Program-made: the position numbers and the translations under genes
Shown here: positions 29,563 to 38,933 of the stretch, in pieces
How the letters are laid out: every line of letters starts with the position of its first letter
How positions within the stretch are numbered: position 1 is the stretch's first letter
The notes under the pieces: generated by a model
Seen by the model: only the letters and a program-made list of their open reading frames with translations
The model's database searches: none
What the model was told of the DNA's origin: nothing
From: an uncultured Candidatus Poseidoniales archaeon
Lineage (GTDB): Archaea; Thermoplasmatota; Poseidoniia; Poseidoniales; CAYMED01
Reading direction: 5' to 3'
DNA length: 58,721 bases
Assembly: GCA_964389655.1 (NCBI GenBank)
Contig: CAYMED010000018.1
Coordinates: 1 to 58,721 of the forward strand

Positions 29563-29910
29563 CTAACCTGTTATTTGGTTATTTTCATCGACATGAATGA
29601 TCGTTGGCCGGTGATTCTCGATTTCCTCTGTTTTAACTGCCTCATATGTTACCAAAATGACGAGATCCCCCGGATGTATGTGATGGGCTGCCGCTCCGTT
29701 GATTTGAATGACCCCTGATCCTGCTTCTCCCTCAATTGCATATGTTTCAAGGCGCGCTCCATTCGTAACATCTAGAATTCCAACAAGTTCGTATTGGGCG
29801 ATCCCGGCATGGCGCATGAGTTCCCCATCAATGGTAATAGAACCTACATAATCCACATCGGCCTGAGTGACTGTGGCGCGATGAATTTTGGAGCGCAGCA
29901 TCCAACGCAT
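29563..29910 (-). CDS. panD: Aspartate 1-decarboxylase (pyruvoyl-dependent)
   Basis: [20 protein letters not shown] cleavage site, [14 protein letters not shown]. Confidence 0.95.
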   Translation of the reverse strand: MRWMLRSKIHRATVTQADVDYVGSITIDGELMRHAGIAQYELVGILDVTNGARLETYAIEGEAGSGVIQINGAAAHHIHPGDLVILVTYEAVKTEEIENHRPTIIHVDENNQITG

Positions 29911-30005
29911 GGTATGTTCGTCCTGTCCGAGGGCCTCCCAATATCTAGCCATTGCGAATCATCCGCGCGGTAAAGGCCATCAGCAATGTGGCACTAGGGT
30001 CTCTG

Positions 30006-30779
30006 ATGAGGCGCCTAGGTGTGATCACGGGCACAGGCATGAAATCCCTCTTGGAACCAAGTTCCTTAGCAGAAGCCGGGCATGGGACGTGGGTGAAGAC
30101 AGAAGTTGAAGTCGATACGCAGTGGGGGACTGTTCCTCTCTGTGTATTAGAGGGTCCTGGAGGGGTTTTGGTTACTCTGCACCGCCACCATGGGCCCAAT
30201 GGTCTTACAACACCTCCGCACTCAATTAAGCATCGAGCGCACATTCAAGCACTCAAATCAGCAGGTGTTGAAGGAATATTTTCCACATACTCGGTTGGCA
30301 CACTCACTGGAGAGGCCCCTCCAGGCTCTGTGATACTTCCAACTCAGATTCTCAACATGACTGGCCGTGTTTGGACGTTCCATGATGACGATGCCCATCA
30401 TGCAGACCTCACACATCCATTTTCTCCCTCCATGATTGACCGTGTCCATTCTTTACTCGAGTCTGAGCAACCGCATGTTCGTGTGCACGGGCATGTGCTG
30501 GCAACGACCAATGGACCTCAGTTTGAATCACCAGCAGAAGTCAATGCGCTTGAAATATTGCAAGCGACCCTTGTTGGAATGACAGCCTCTCCCGAAGTTT
30601 GTTTGGCGGCAGAAGCAGAACTGCCTATCCTCGGCGTTTGCTTATCCTCTAATTGGGCAGCAGGGCGCCACCCAAGTGGTTCTGAGCAATATATTGAGCA
30701 CGATGCGGTCGAGGAACTTGCAACACGAATGGCATCTTTGGTTCTTCCATCTCTTCTTTGCCTTCTCTCGGATGGTTGA
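30006..30779 (+). CDS. MTAP-family purine nucleoside phosphorylase
   Basis: LGVITGTG, TQWG, RHHG..PPH, GPQFESPAE, VGMT..PE, SNWAAG. Confidence 0.85.
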   Translation: MRRLGVITGTGMKSLLEPSSLAEAGHGTWVKTEVEVDTQWGTVPLCVLEGPGGVLVTLHRHHGPNGLTTPPHSIKHRAHIQALKSAGVEGIFSTYSVGTLTGEAPPGSVILPTQILNMTGRVWTFHDDDAHHADLTHPFSPSMIDRVHSLLESEQPHVRVHGHVLATTNGPQFESPAEVNALEILQATLVGMTASPEVCLAAEAELPILGVCLSSNWAAGRHPSGSEQYIEHDAVEELATRMASLVLPSLLCLLSDG

Positions 30780-31200
30780 AAATCTCGCGCAAAGTCGAGA
30801 TATCATGCAAAGCAAATCTCCTCTTGACGTGGGTGCGTGGATCGAGGTTCATGCAGGGCGCGGCAGCCCTTCAAATTCAGATGGTTCGTTTCTTACGATG
30901 ATGGGCCGTGTCGCAGAATTTCACGCAAAGCACGACTTTGCCTCAAATAATGGGCATGACATGGGCTACCGCCTTGCTTTGACCCTCGAGGAGTTGGGTG
31001 AATTTTCAGCAGCAATTACCAAGGGACGCCCGATTGAAGAGGTAAAGGATGAACTTGCGGATGTACTGATTTTGATCCTCGGTCACGCTCTTGCTCTTGA
31101 GATTGATTTGGAAAGTTCTTTCCATGATAAGATGACCCGTATATTGCAGCGACCATCCAAAATTGGGCGGCTCGGGGTGCGAGTTACAGAAACGGGATGA
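30772..31200 (+). CDS. MazG-like NTP pyrophosphohydrolase
   Basis: LEELGE...VKDELADVLI all-alpha NTP-PPase motif; start uncertain. Confidence 0.85.
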   Translation: MVENLAQSRDIMQSKSPLDVGAWIEVHAGRGSPSNSDGSFLTMMGRVAEFHAKHDFASNNGHDMGYRLALTLEELGEFSAAITKGRPIEEVKDELADVLILILGHALALEIDLESSFHDKMTRILQRPSKIGRLGVRVTETG

Positions 31201-31206
31201 GATTTC

Positions 31207-31869
31207 ATGGATGCGTGTGCTATTGACCCAAACTCATGCGCTTATGTGCATGCAGTCCGATGCGAGATGGGGTGGTGGAACGCCTCATTTCTGCACCACG
31301 GAGAGAATATTGAGCAACGAACTTGGATTGTGAATCACCCTGGATCCAATGAGATGTTGTTAGAAGAATGGCAGGCATTTAAGGCGGCTTGCGGGGACCT
31401 AGAGGTCGTCCTTGCATGTGTCGAGGACGAAAAAGGGGTTCCGATTACATCTGAATCCAGCCTCAACCTTGGGATTCTGACGGTCAATCTGGCGTCGATT
31501 TTACAAGATGATTTTGCAACTCTAGGTGAATGGCTTGCGGGACCAGATGCTCCCTCGGAATTGCGTGATGCTCATTGGCTAATGCCCCCTGGAGTTGGAA
31601 ACCGACAACCGGTTTCCGTTCGGGAATTGTCTGCAGTATCTGCTGGGGGGCGCCTAGATTACTGGCGTGGTTTGTATTCATTTGAAGCGAATCAGCTGCG
31701 GCGTATAGGCCATGCGGCAGACGTTGCAGCTTTGCACATTCTGCATATGGATGCCCGACGTGCGGGGGGTTGTGCCCCCATGCGCAATTCAGGGCCTGAA
31801 TCGAATGTTTCTCGTGATGGACGACGGCGTTTCAATCCAACGCGTGGGCGCCGTGGTGGCTCAGCATGA
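31207..31869 (+). CDS. Hypothetical protein
   Basis: 220-aa ORF tightly packed after mazG; weak resemblance to an RNase H-like exonuclease lacking its acidic catalytic residues. Confidence 0.55.
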   Translation: MDACAIDPNSCAYVHAVRCEMGWWNASFLHHGENIEQRTWIVNHPGSNEMLLEEWQAFKAACGDLEVVLACVEDEKGVPITSESSLNLGILTVNLASILQDDFATLGEWLAGPDAPSELRDAHWLMPPGVGNRQPVSVRELSAVSAGGRLDYWRGLYSFEANQLRRIGHAADVAALHILHMDARRAGGCAPMRNSGPESNVSRDGRRRFNPTRGRRGGSA

Positions 31870-32382
31870 TCACTCCAAACGGACAAGCGTTCGAAAAATG
31901 AGATCGTAAGAGTTGTCCGAATCAGCTTGTAAATGGGTCCTGGCGATCTCATTCCAATACGTTTCATCTAGCAATGGAAAAAATACATCTCCTTCAATCT
32001 CGGCATCGACTTCAGTTAACTCAATTTGGCTTGCAGACTCCAACATTGACTTGTACACGCCTGCCCCCCCTATGACCATGAGGGGACCTCGCATTTCTCC
32101 AGTCTGAATTGATATTAATGCTAGTTCCAGTGCCTCCGATATTGACCTAGCGTGAACTGCGCCCTCGGAAATGGATGCAATTGAACGGCTCAAAACAATA
32201 TTTAATCGATCAGGGAGTGACTTTCCTATTGATTCATGTGTGCGCCTTCCCATCAGGATTGGGTGTCCAACCGTTACATGCTTGAAATGTGCGAGGTCAG
32301 CAGGTAATTTCCAAGGAAGACCTCCTTTCAAGCCTATAACTCCATTTTTGGAGCGGGCCACAACGAGGCAAATTTCGATGAT
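31870..32382 (-). CDS. folA: Dihydrofolate reductase (start codon non-canonical or uncertain)
   Basis: NGVIG..LPW.LPADL..FK..T, MGRRT.ES, LPDR.NIV, IGGA, GDVFFP; conserved first strand IEICLVVA lies upstream of the GTG at 32361. Confidence 0.92.
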   Translation of the reverse strand: MIEICLVVARSKNGVIGLKGGLPWKLPADLAHFKHVTVGHPILMGRRTHESIGKSLPDRLNIVLSRSIASISEGAVHARSISEALELALISIQTGEMRGPLMVIGGAGVYKSMLESASQIELTEVDAEIEGDVFFPLLDETYWNEIARTHLQADSDNSYDLIFRTLVRLE

Positions 32383-32394
32383 ATCCCCTTCCTC

Positions 32395-33189
32395 TCAGAT
32401 GGCAACAGGCGCCGCAATTCGGGGGTGTGGGTCGTAGTTTGAAATGACTACGTCATCAATTGTGAATTCATCAATGCAATTAATTTCTGAGTTGAGAGTT
32501 ATCTGGGGAAGTGGGCGCGGTTCTCGGACTAGTTGTAGCCTCGCCTGCTCAATGTGGTTTTCATAGAGATGAACATCTCCAAAAGTATGGATGAATTCAC
32601 CAACTTCCAAATTACAAATTTGCGCCATCATTTGTGTTAAGAGTGCATAGGATGCGATATTGAAAGGTACGCCGAGAAATATATCTCCAGATCGCTGATA
32701 TAATTGAGAAGATAATCGGCCATCTTGTACATAAAATTGGAACATTGTGTGGCACGGCATCAAAGCCATCTCCTTGAGGTCAGCCACATTCCAAGCACTT
32801 ACGAGAATGCGCCTAGATGTTGGATCATTGCAGATAAGGTCAATAGCCAGTTCCAATTGATCAATTAATCGCCCATCTGGACAGCGCCACGCGCGCCATT
32901 GCCTGCCGTAAATCGGACCTAATTCCCCATCGTCATCTGCCCATTCATTCCAAATGCGTACACCAACTTCTTGGAGTTGCTGCGCATTTGTGTCCCCTGA
33001 TATGAACCAAAGTAGTTCATGAATGACCGATGGTGCATGTATCTTCTTTGTTGTAAGGAGCGGAAAACCCTCTTTTAGGTCAAAGCGAAGCTGATGTCCG
33101 AAAATCGATCTAGTACCAGTTCCTGTCCGATCACTTCGCGGCACGCCCGTATCAAGCACAAGTTGGAGCAGATCGAGATAGTTACGCAT
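32395..33189 (-). CDS. thyA: Thymidylate synthase (bacterial-type ThyA)
   Basis: DRTGTGT, FPLLTTK, ELLWF, MALMPCH, YQRSGD.FLGVPFN, C-terminal APVAI. Confidence 0.97.
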   Translation of the reverse strand: MRNYLDLLQLVLDTGVPRSDRTGTGTRSIFGHQLRFDLKEGFPLLTTKKIHAPSVIHELLWFISGDTNAQQLQEVGVRIWNEWADDDGELGPIYGRQWRAWRCPDGRLIDQLELAIDLICNDPTSRRILVSAWNVADLKEMALMPCHTMFQFYVQDGRLSSQLYQRSGDIFLGVPFNIASYALLTQMMAQICNLEVGEFIHTFGDVHLYENHIEQARLQLVREPRPLPQITLNSEINCIDEFTIDDVVISNYDPHPRIAAPVAI

Positions 33190-33302
33190 GGTGATTCTGT
33201 TCTAGGGGGTCCGAGACACTCCATCAAGATGCACTATCCCTAGCGAGAATTGAGTGGACTAAGAAAGATCACTTTTTATTGCCTAGCGCACACCTATTGC
33301 AT

Positions 33303-33737
33303 ATGGACGAGAGTATCCTGAGTGACCAACCACAACCAGATGGCATTGCCAATGCCCTAAATATTGAATATCTTGAATTTGGAAAGGGAAAATGCCTCAT
33401 TTCAGTGCTTGTGGGGCCACTGCATACGAATATGGGGGGCGTGGCACACGGGGCTCTTTTTAGCACCCTTCTAGACAAATCACTGGGGGGTTCCCTTATC
33501 TCTACACTTCGGAAGGAAGAATGGTGTGCTACGGCACAATTGTCGATTTCATTCATTGACTCTGCCCAAGTTGGGACGAGGTTATTTTCACGGGGGGTAG
33601 TCGTTAGAAAAGGGAGAGCTGTTGCTCATCTCTCGGGTGAAGTAGTTGATGATTCAGAACATGTTTATGCGACAGCAACAGGAACATGGGCAATATTTTC
33701 ACAGAGGCCTAGTCATTATCCCACTAATGAATCATAA
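33303..33737 (+). CDS. PaaI-family (hotdog) thioesterase
   Basis: HTNMGGVAHGALFSTLLD, T..LSISF, VVRKGR, ATATGT. Confidence 0.88.
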   Translation: MDESILSDQPQPDGIANALNIEYLEFGKGKCLISVLVGPLHTNMGGVAHGALFSTLLDKSLGGSLISTLRKEEWCATAQLSISFIDSAQVGTRLFSRGVVVRKGRAVAHLSGEVVDDSEHVYATATGTWAIFSQRPSHYPTNES

Positions 33738-33765
33738 AATTGGATTTAGCTGACTGATTTGGTTT

Positions 33766-34458
33766 TCAAGGGGCACCCAACTGGGAAATTTTTCCGAGCA
33801 GTGTGTCTGTAAATGCACGTAAATCAGTTCGTTTGGCCCGGCTTTGCTGCAAATTACCGTGATTGTCGGCCCAATGGATTGGCTTTCCAACTCTAATGCG
33901 AACCCCGTTCCATATCCTCGGTATTCGATGCACAGCAGGCGTCATCACTTCTCTTGTGCCGATCAGGGCTACTGGAAACACAGGTGTGGTTGGGTATCTC
34001 GCCGCAAGGCGAGCAACACCTGTTTTTCCGGATTGGAGGAATGGTCCCTTCGCTTTTCGACTTCGCGTACCCTCTGGAAATATACCAAGTGCGCGCCCAC
34101 TTGAAAGAACATCACAAGCTCGGCCCAATGCATCCATTGCCCCAGTTTCGCGTTCGGTCTGAATTTGCCCACTCATTGCCATCACGTGCTTGACAATCGG
34201 CGTTCGAAAGTGCTCATCTTTGGCTAGGAAGTACAACTGTCTTCTCGCCGCGAGGATCAAATAGATGGGGTCCACATGGCTGAGATGGTTTGCGGCTAAG
34301 ATCAGAGAACCAGTTCTTGGAATATTTCTAACACCTTCAAGGCGTAGTGGTAAAGTACATCTCACAAAAGGTGCAAGAGTCCACAATAGTGTGCTATAGG
34401 TGGTGGTACTTGGAAGTGGCTTGCCACTAGGGAGTGGCAATTCAACCTGAGTAACCAT
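33766..34458 (-). CDS. plsC: Lysophospholipid acyltransferase (PlsC family)
   Basis: ANHLSHVD (HX4D), FLAK, IFPEGTRS, KTG.ARLA. Confidence 0.9.
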   Translation of the reverse strand: MVTQVELPLPSGKPLPSTTTYSTLLWTLAPFVRCTLPLRLEGVRNIPRTGSLILAANHLSHVDPIYLILAARRQLYFLAKDEHFRTPIVKHVMAMSGQIQTERETGAMDALGRACDVLSSGRALGIFPEGTRSRKAKGPFLQSGKTGVARLAARYPTTPVFPVALIGTREVMTPAVHRIPRIWNGVRIRVGKPIHWADNHGNLQQSRAKRTDLRAFTDTLLGKISQLGAP

Positions 34459-34506
34459 AAACGTCCTATGGGACTCTCCTCCTTTTAATTTACACGAGGC
34501 GATGCC

Positions 34507-35673
34507 TTGAGATGCCTTTGCTTCTCGCCCCCTGTGGCCGCCGTAGGGTGTCGCTCAGCATCGAGGGTGCTGCTTGCTCTTTTGTTCCTCCTTCTAGCAC
34601 CAATTATTTCTTCTGCAGAAATGATCCTTGAGGATGATCCTTGGCTCGCCAATGTGATTGGTCCAGAGCGTCTGGTTTTGGGTGATGAATTTGGATGCCA
34701 TGGAATCCCTAACAAGGATGTTCGCAATGATTTCACTGTAATCGATGAATGCAAACATTACCTCAATTCACAAACCAGCGCCTCTAGGTGGGGGGTTACC
34801 CCCTTATCCTTCGGAATTTCAGGGGCCGATGTGGGCGTAGATCTGCAAATGGCCCTTCACAATTCCGGGTTTAGGGTGGTTGGTGGTCATGAATTAACGG
34901 GTGAGATTCAATCACTTTGGTCCTTTGTGCGTAGTGGGGGTAGTTTAGAGAAAAATATTGCTTCGATCGACCTAATTGAGGCTGAGGTTCAGGATCACAG
35001 TTATGCAAATATGTATTGGCAAGCCGAAATTGAGTCACTTAACGTTCGTCAAGACAAGGACGTTTTATCATGGATTGAGTCAGAACCATTTTGGTTTACC
35101 ACCTGGGGCGAGTATTTCTCATCCATGCATCAAGCCGAAGTTGTGCAAAGCGATCTGAATGCGTTGATTCTGAGGGGAAGTGAGCCAAGCGATGGTGGCT
35201 GGAATGTACCTGGTACTACACACCTGAGCGTGAGTGGTTGCAACATCACTGAGGTCGTGCGCATTGACGGCATCCCTTTTCCCGAATTTACTGAAAAATC
35301 GCGCCACTTAGAGGTGGGGTACCGAATTCAAGATTCAAGAAATGCCCTTCTTACAATTCCAATGGGCGTTGACGTCAGGATCACGTTTGATCAAGATGCT
35401 AGCAGCTTTAGCGTGAAAAACTCCACCTTTAATGGCCTCACCCCATTTATGGTCATGGGATATCACACTACCGACCTCTTTGAGTGGAGTTCACCTTTCC
35501 AAGACTCCCCCCTCCGATTCACTTGGCTTATCGAACCGCGAATTGGGGATGCTACAACTCCATTCTTGCCGATACTCGCTACAACGATCCTTTTGGGTAC
35601 TCTATCTGGTTTTGCTGTCCTGATACGCAGGGACCGTTCTGTTCAATTGGAAAGAAGAATGGAATCCGAATGA
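34507..35673 (+). CDS. Exported protein with a C-terminal membrane anchor
   Basis: Signal-peptide-like N-terminus; C-terminal TPFLP + TM helix + RR. Confidence 0.7.
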   Translation: MRCLCFSPPVAAVGCRSASRVLLALLFLLLAPIISSAEMILEDDPWLANVIGPERLVLGDEFGCHGIPNKDVRNDFTVIDECKHYLNSQTSASRWGVTPLSFGISGADVGVDLQMALHNSGFRVVGGHELTGEIQSLWSFVRSGGSLEKNIASIDLIEAEVQDHSYANMYWQAEIESLNVRQDKDVLSWIESEPFWFTTWGEYFSSMHQAEVVQSDLNALILRGSEPSDGGWNVPGTTHLSVSGCNITEVVRIDGIPFPEFTEKSRHLEVGYRIQDSRNALLTIPMGVDVRITFDQDASSFSVKNSTFNGLTPFMVMGYHTTDLFEWSSPFQDSPLRFTWLIEPRIGDATTPFLPILATTILLGTLSGFAVLIRRDRSVQLERRMESE

Positions 35674-35728
35674 ATGGCCTTCATTCTAGGTGATCCTCAA
35701 AGGGTGGATGCCCTTCGTCTAGGCTACG

Positions 35729-37120
35729 ATGGCGCCTGAAGATGATGAGGTCATGATTGATCCGTGGTCCTCAAACCAATCTACTGATTATGCTCGGATC
35801 CGTGACCAGTTTGGCTTGCAAAGTCTCTCTCTTGCACGAATACGTGATCCCTCGATGCTGCACCGTCGAGGTATCATCTTTGCCCATCGCGATCTTGATG
35901 TTATTCTTGACACCCTTGATGCTGGTAAACCATGTGGCGTTCTTACAGGCCTTATGCCTTCTGGAAAAATGCACCTTGGGCATTCCTTGGTGATTGAACA
36001 ACTTCGTTGGTTCCAATCACAAGGTGCTGACGTTACAATTGCTGTTGCAGATCTTGAGGCTCTTGCCACCCGGGGTATAAGTCTCGAGGAAGGACGCCGG
36101 GTTGCTATTGATGAATACATTTGTAACTATGTTGCATTGGGGCTTGATCCTGAGAAAACGAGTGTTTATTTTCAGTCACGCAGACCCATCGTACAACGAC
36201 TTGGGTTTCAGTTGGGAAAGAAAACCAATTTATCCGCATTAGAGTCCATTTACGGTTTTAATGGAAGTTCCAATCTTGCACACGTGCAGGCTCCTCTTAT
36301 TCAGGCAGGAGACATTCTACACCCTATGCTCGATGCGTATGGTGGGCTCCGTCCGATTGTAGTTCCCGTGGGTGTAGACCAAGACCCACACATACGCTTG
36401 ACGCGAGATCTTGCTCAAGCTACAAATTGGTTTAACGTCCGTGAACGCAGAGGTGGTGGATTGGTTGTCGGTTTTTCAGTCCAAGAAGAAAACAGGAAGG
36501 CATTGGGCGTGGGGCAGGATGGGCGTGTTGATATGGAACGTCGACGAGAAGTGTTTGGCGCGCTTGCGGATGCTTTGCAAAAGGATGGATGGGCAGATAT
36601 CAGGACGAATCCAAAACATGGCGTGTTGGAAATCCCTGCGGCAACATCTGCCGATCGAGGATCAATCCGATTATTATTGCTCAGAGAAGAGCGAGCAATG
36701 GGTGGTTTGGGATTGATGCCTCCATCTTCCACTTACCACCGTTTTGCGGTTGGTTTAACTGGGGATAAGATGTCCTCTTCAAAACCAGAAACCACCATAT
36801 TCCTCGATGATGACAATGATACGGTGAAAAAGCGCATCAATAATGCATTCAGCGGAGGACGTGCAAGTTTGACTGAGCACCGCAAACATGGAGGCGATCC
36901 CGAAATTGATGTGGCTTTCCAATATCTAAATACATTCTTCGAGCCGAATGACCAGATTATTGCTGAGACTGCCGCATCTTACCGCAAGGGGACACTTCTT
37001 ACCGGTGAACTCAAGAAACAGTGTATTGATGCTGCGGTATCATGGCTAGGGAACATTCGAGCACGTCGCGAGTCGCTTTCAGATGAAGTAGAACGACTCT
37101 TGGCACATGACGGCTCATGA
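35729..37120 (+). CDS. trpS: Tryptophan--tRNA ligase (archaeal type)
   Basis: IDPW, GLMPSGKMHLGH, PVGVDQDPH, KMSSS, AFSGGR. Confidence 0.96.
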   Translation: MAPEDDEVMIDPWSSNQSTDYARIRDQFGLQSLSLARIRDPSMLHRRGIIFAHRDLDVILDTLDAGKPCGVLTGLMPSGKMHLGHSLVIEQLRWFQSQGADVTIAVADLEALATRGISLEEGRRVAIDEYICNYVALGLDPEKTSVYFQSRRPIVQRLGFQLGKKTNLSALESIYGFNGSSNLAHVQAPLIQAGDILHPMLDAYGGLRPIVVPVGVDQDPHIRLTRDLAQATNWFNVRERRGGGLVVGFSVQEENRKALGVGQDGRVDMERRREVFGALADALQKDGWADIRTNPKHGVLEIPAATSADRGSIRLLLLREERAMGGLGLMPPSSTYHRFAVGLTGDKMSSSKPETTIFLDDDNDTVKKRINNAFSGGRASLTEHRKHGGDPEIDVAFQYLNTFFEPNDQIIAETAASYRKGTLLTGELKKQCIDAAVSWLGNIRARRESLSDEVERLLAHDGS

Positions 37121-37723
37121 TGTATACTTGCTCAAATCAATGCGAATGGCTTGCACAAGCAGTTCGATTTCGGCATCGGTTAGCGCTCTCTGGATTGCGT
37201 CAGGATGGGCAATGCTGCTGTGTCCTGTCGGGTCGAGGAGTTCGATTTTGAGTGGATCACTTGTCGATCTTTCAAGGCTGATGATCTCTTGCAATCTATC
37301 TTCAATATGCGATAGCACCTTTATGTCTGAATCACGATGACCTCCTTCTAAGTCGCGTTTGAGGATATGCACTGTGTCAAGGAAACGACTGAGGAGACCT
37401 TCAACATTGGTTATGGTACCCGGATTATGGGATCCTGGAAGAACTTCGAGATCAAGTTCAGGGATTTGGATGGTTGACGAAGAGCCCCGTACAACGCGCG
37501 CGGTCAAGTGATCTGGTGTTGCAATTTGAAGGGTGATGCACACTGGATCCGACGCATCAGGTGGGATGAAATCGGTTTGCCTCCATCCACAACTATCACA
37601 TTCAAGTGAAATTTGGGTGTGTTCACCTATATATGGAATCTCGCGAACATCAGCATGCATCCATAGGTCTAATTCATGACATATTGGGCATGGCGTGGAC
37701 AATTTCTGGCGAGTCATATTCAA
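37115..37723 (-). CDS. ZPR1-related zinc finger protein
   Basis: CPIC...IPY.G...CDSCGWR, RVVR..SS.I.IPEL, TNVEG, DPTGHS. Confidence 0.9.
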   Translation of the reverse strand: MNMTRQKLSTPCPICHELDLWMHADVREIPYIGEHTQISLECDSCGWRQTDFIPPDASDPVCITLQIATPDHLTARVVRGSSSTIQIPELDLEVLPGSHNPGTITNVEGLLSRFLDTVHILKRDLEGGHRDSDIKVLSHIEDRLQEIISLERSTSDPLKIELLDPTGHSSIAHPDAIQRALTDAEIELLVQAIRIDLSKYTS

Positions 37724-38136
37724 GCACCAGCAAGTCCCTCTGATGCTTCTATTCCTTCTGGTAATAGGAGCAGACGCGAGTCCCCAATTTGAAGCACCTG
37801 CCCGCCGAGATCACCAACCACAAATTCCATCAGTCTTTCAACAGCTGCAACTAATTCCGTTCGCCGTTCCATCACTTTAGCCATTTCGACAATGGCAACA
37901 TCTCCGTCTGCAACCCAGTTCATCAATTCGCTGATGCCGCTTAACCCGTGCAAATGGCACCGATGGACGACAACTTCCTCCGAATTAACTGAAACCGGGG
38001 GTTCTGGATGTCGCTTCCCCAAATCGTGATATAGCGTCCTAGTAGGAACTTCAATCCGCTCCGATGGCTTGCGATTTCCACGGATTTCGATCCATTGTGG
38101 TGCGCGTTCATCCTCGTCAGGGGCCTCGGCTCTCAT
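37720..38136 (-). CDS. sepF: Cell division protein SepF (archaeal)
   Basis: V..GDVAIV...L..AVERL...GGQV..IG...LLLLP; adjacent to ZPR1. Confidence 0.75.
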   Translation of the reverse strand: MRAEAPDEDERAPQWIEIRGNRKPSERIEVPTRTLYHDLGKRHPEPPVSVNSEEVVVHRCHLHGLSGISELMNWVADGDVAIVEMAKVMERRTELVAAVERLMEFVVGDLGGQVLQIGDSRLLLLPEGIEASEGLAGA

Positions 38137-38170
38137 CCTTGCTCAGAAAGTGCTACGTTTCCTGCCATCA

Positions 38171-38177
38171 TTTATAG
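38171..38177 (+). promoter_or_regulatory. Putative TATA box (TTTATAG) for psmB
   Basis: AT-rich box ~37 nt upstream of the psmB start, in a divergent intergenic region. Confidence 0.35.
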
Positions 38178-38213
38178 ATGGCCGGCAAGCCGTGGTGATA
38201 ACATCCACTCGGA

Positions 38214-38861
38214 GTGAATCGCTTGAACACAGATCTCGACATGAAACCTGATGTTGTCAAGACAGGGACCTCTACGATTGGAATAACGCACAAACATGGG
38301 GTCATCATTGGAGCAGATCACCGTGCCACAATGGGTCATTTTGTCGCCAACAAAAACGTGCAGAAATTGTTTCAAATTTCCGATAATATCGCACTAACAA
38401 CTGCAGGTTTAGTCGGTCATGCTCAACGATTAGCTCGGACACTTTCAGCAGAAGTTGCCCTCTTTGAATTGAAACGAGGGCGGAAAATGCCAGTTGAAGC
38501 AGCATCCACGATGATGGCAAACCTTCTCTCAAACCGCCCTCATTGGGTGCAATTGCTCATTGGAGGATGGGATGAAAGAGGCAATGGGCAAGTGTTCAGT
38601 ATTGATGCAGCAGGTGGCTCAATTCCGGATGCATACTGTGCCACTGGCTCTGGATCACCGTACATGTATGGTGTCTTGGAAGATGGCTTTTCAGATGGGA
38701 TGACTGAAAATCAGGCTCTAAATCTTGCTGCTAGGGCATTGCGCGCTTCTGCAGGTCGTGATGCCGCAAGTGGTGATGGCATGGATCTCTGTTCAATTAC
38801 CTCAAAGGGATTCCGTATGCTAACCCGCGAAGAAACTGATGGCATCGTCAATAATCTCTGA
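38214..38861 (+). CDS. psmB: Proteasome beta subunit
   Basis: Propeptide then KTG/TSTIG, ADHRAT, TGSGS, RDAASG. Confidence 0.95.
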   Translation: MNRLNTDLDMKPDVVKTGTSTIGITHKHGVIIGADHRATMGHFVANKNVQKLFQISDNIALTTAGLVGHAQRLARTLSAEVALFELKRGRKMPVEAASTMMANLLSNRPHWVQLLIGGWDERGNGQVFSIDAAGGSIPDAYCATGSGSPYMYGVLEDGFSDGMTENQALNLAARALRASAGRDAASGDGMDLCSITSKGFRMLTREETDGIVNNL

Positions 38862-38933
38862 AGTAATACTTGTCTCGACTCTGCATTGTGCGGTGGTCTT
38901 CCTCTCCTTTGCAGGCGTCGGGAAAAGATGTGA

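Noticed and set aside
31870-33189. Programmed UGA readthrough or selenocysteine giving a ThyA-DHFR fusion
   Set aside because: ThyA ends in the canonical APVAI, whose free carboxylate is functionally important; known bifunctional enzymes have DHFR first; an SD lies after the stop. Kept only as a minor alternative
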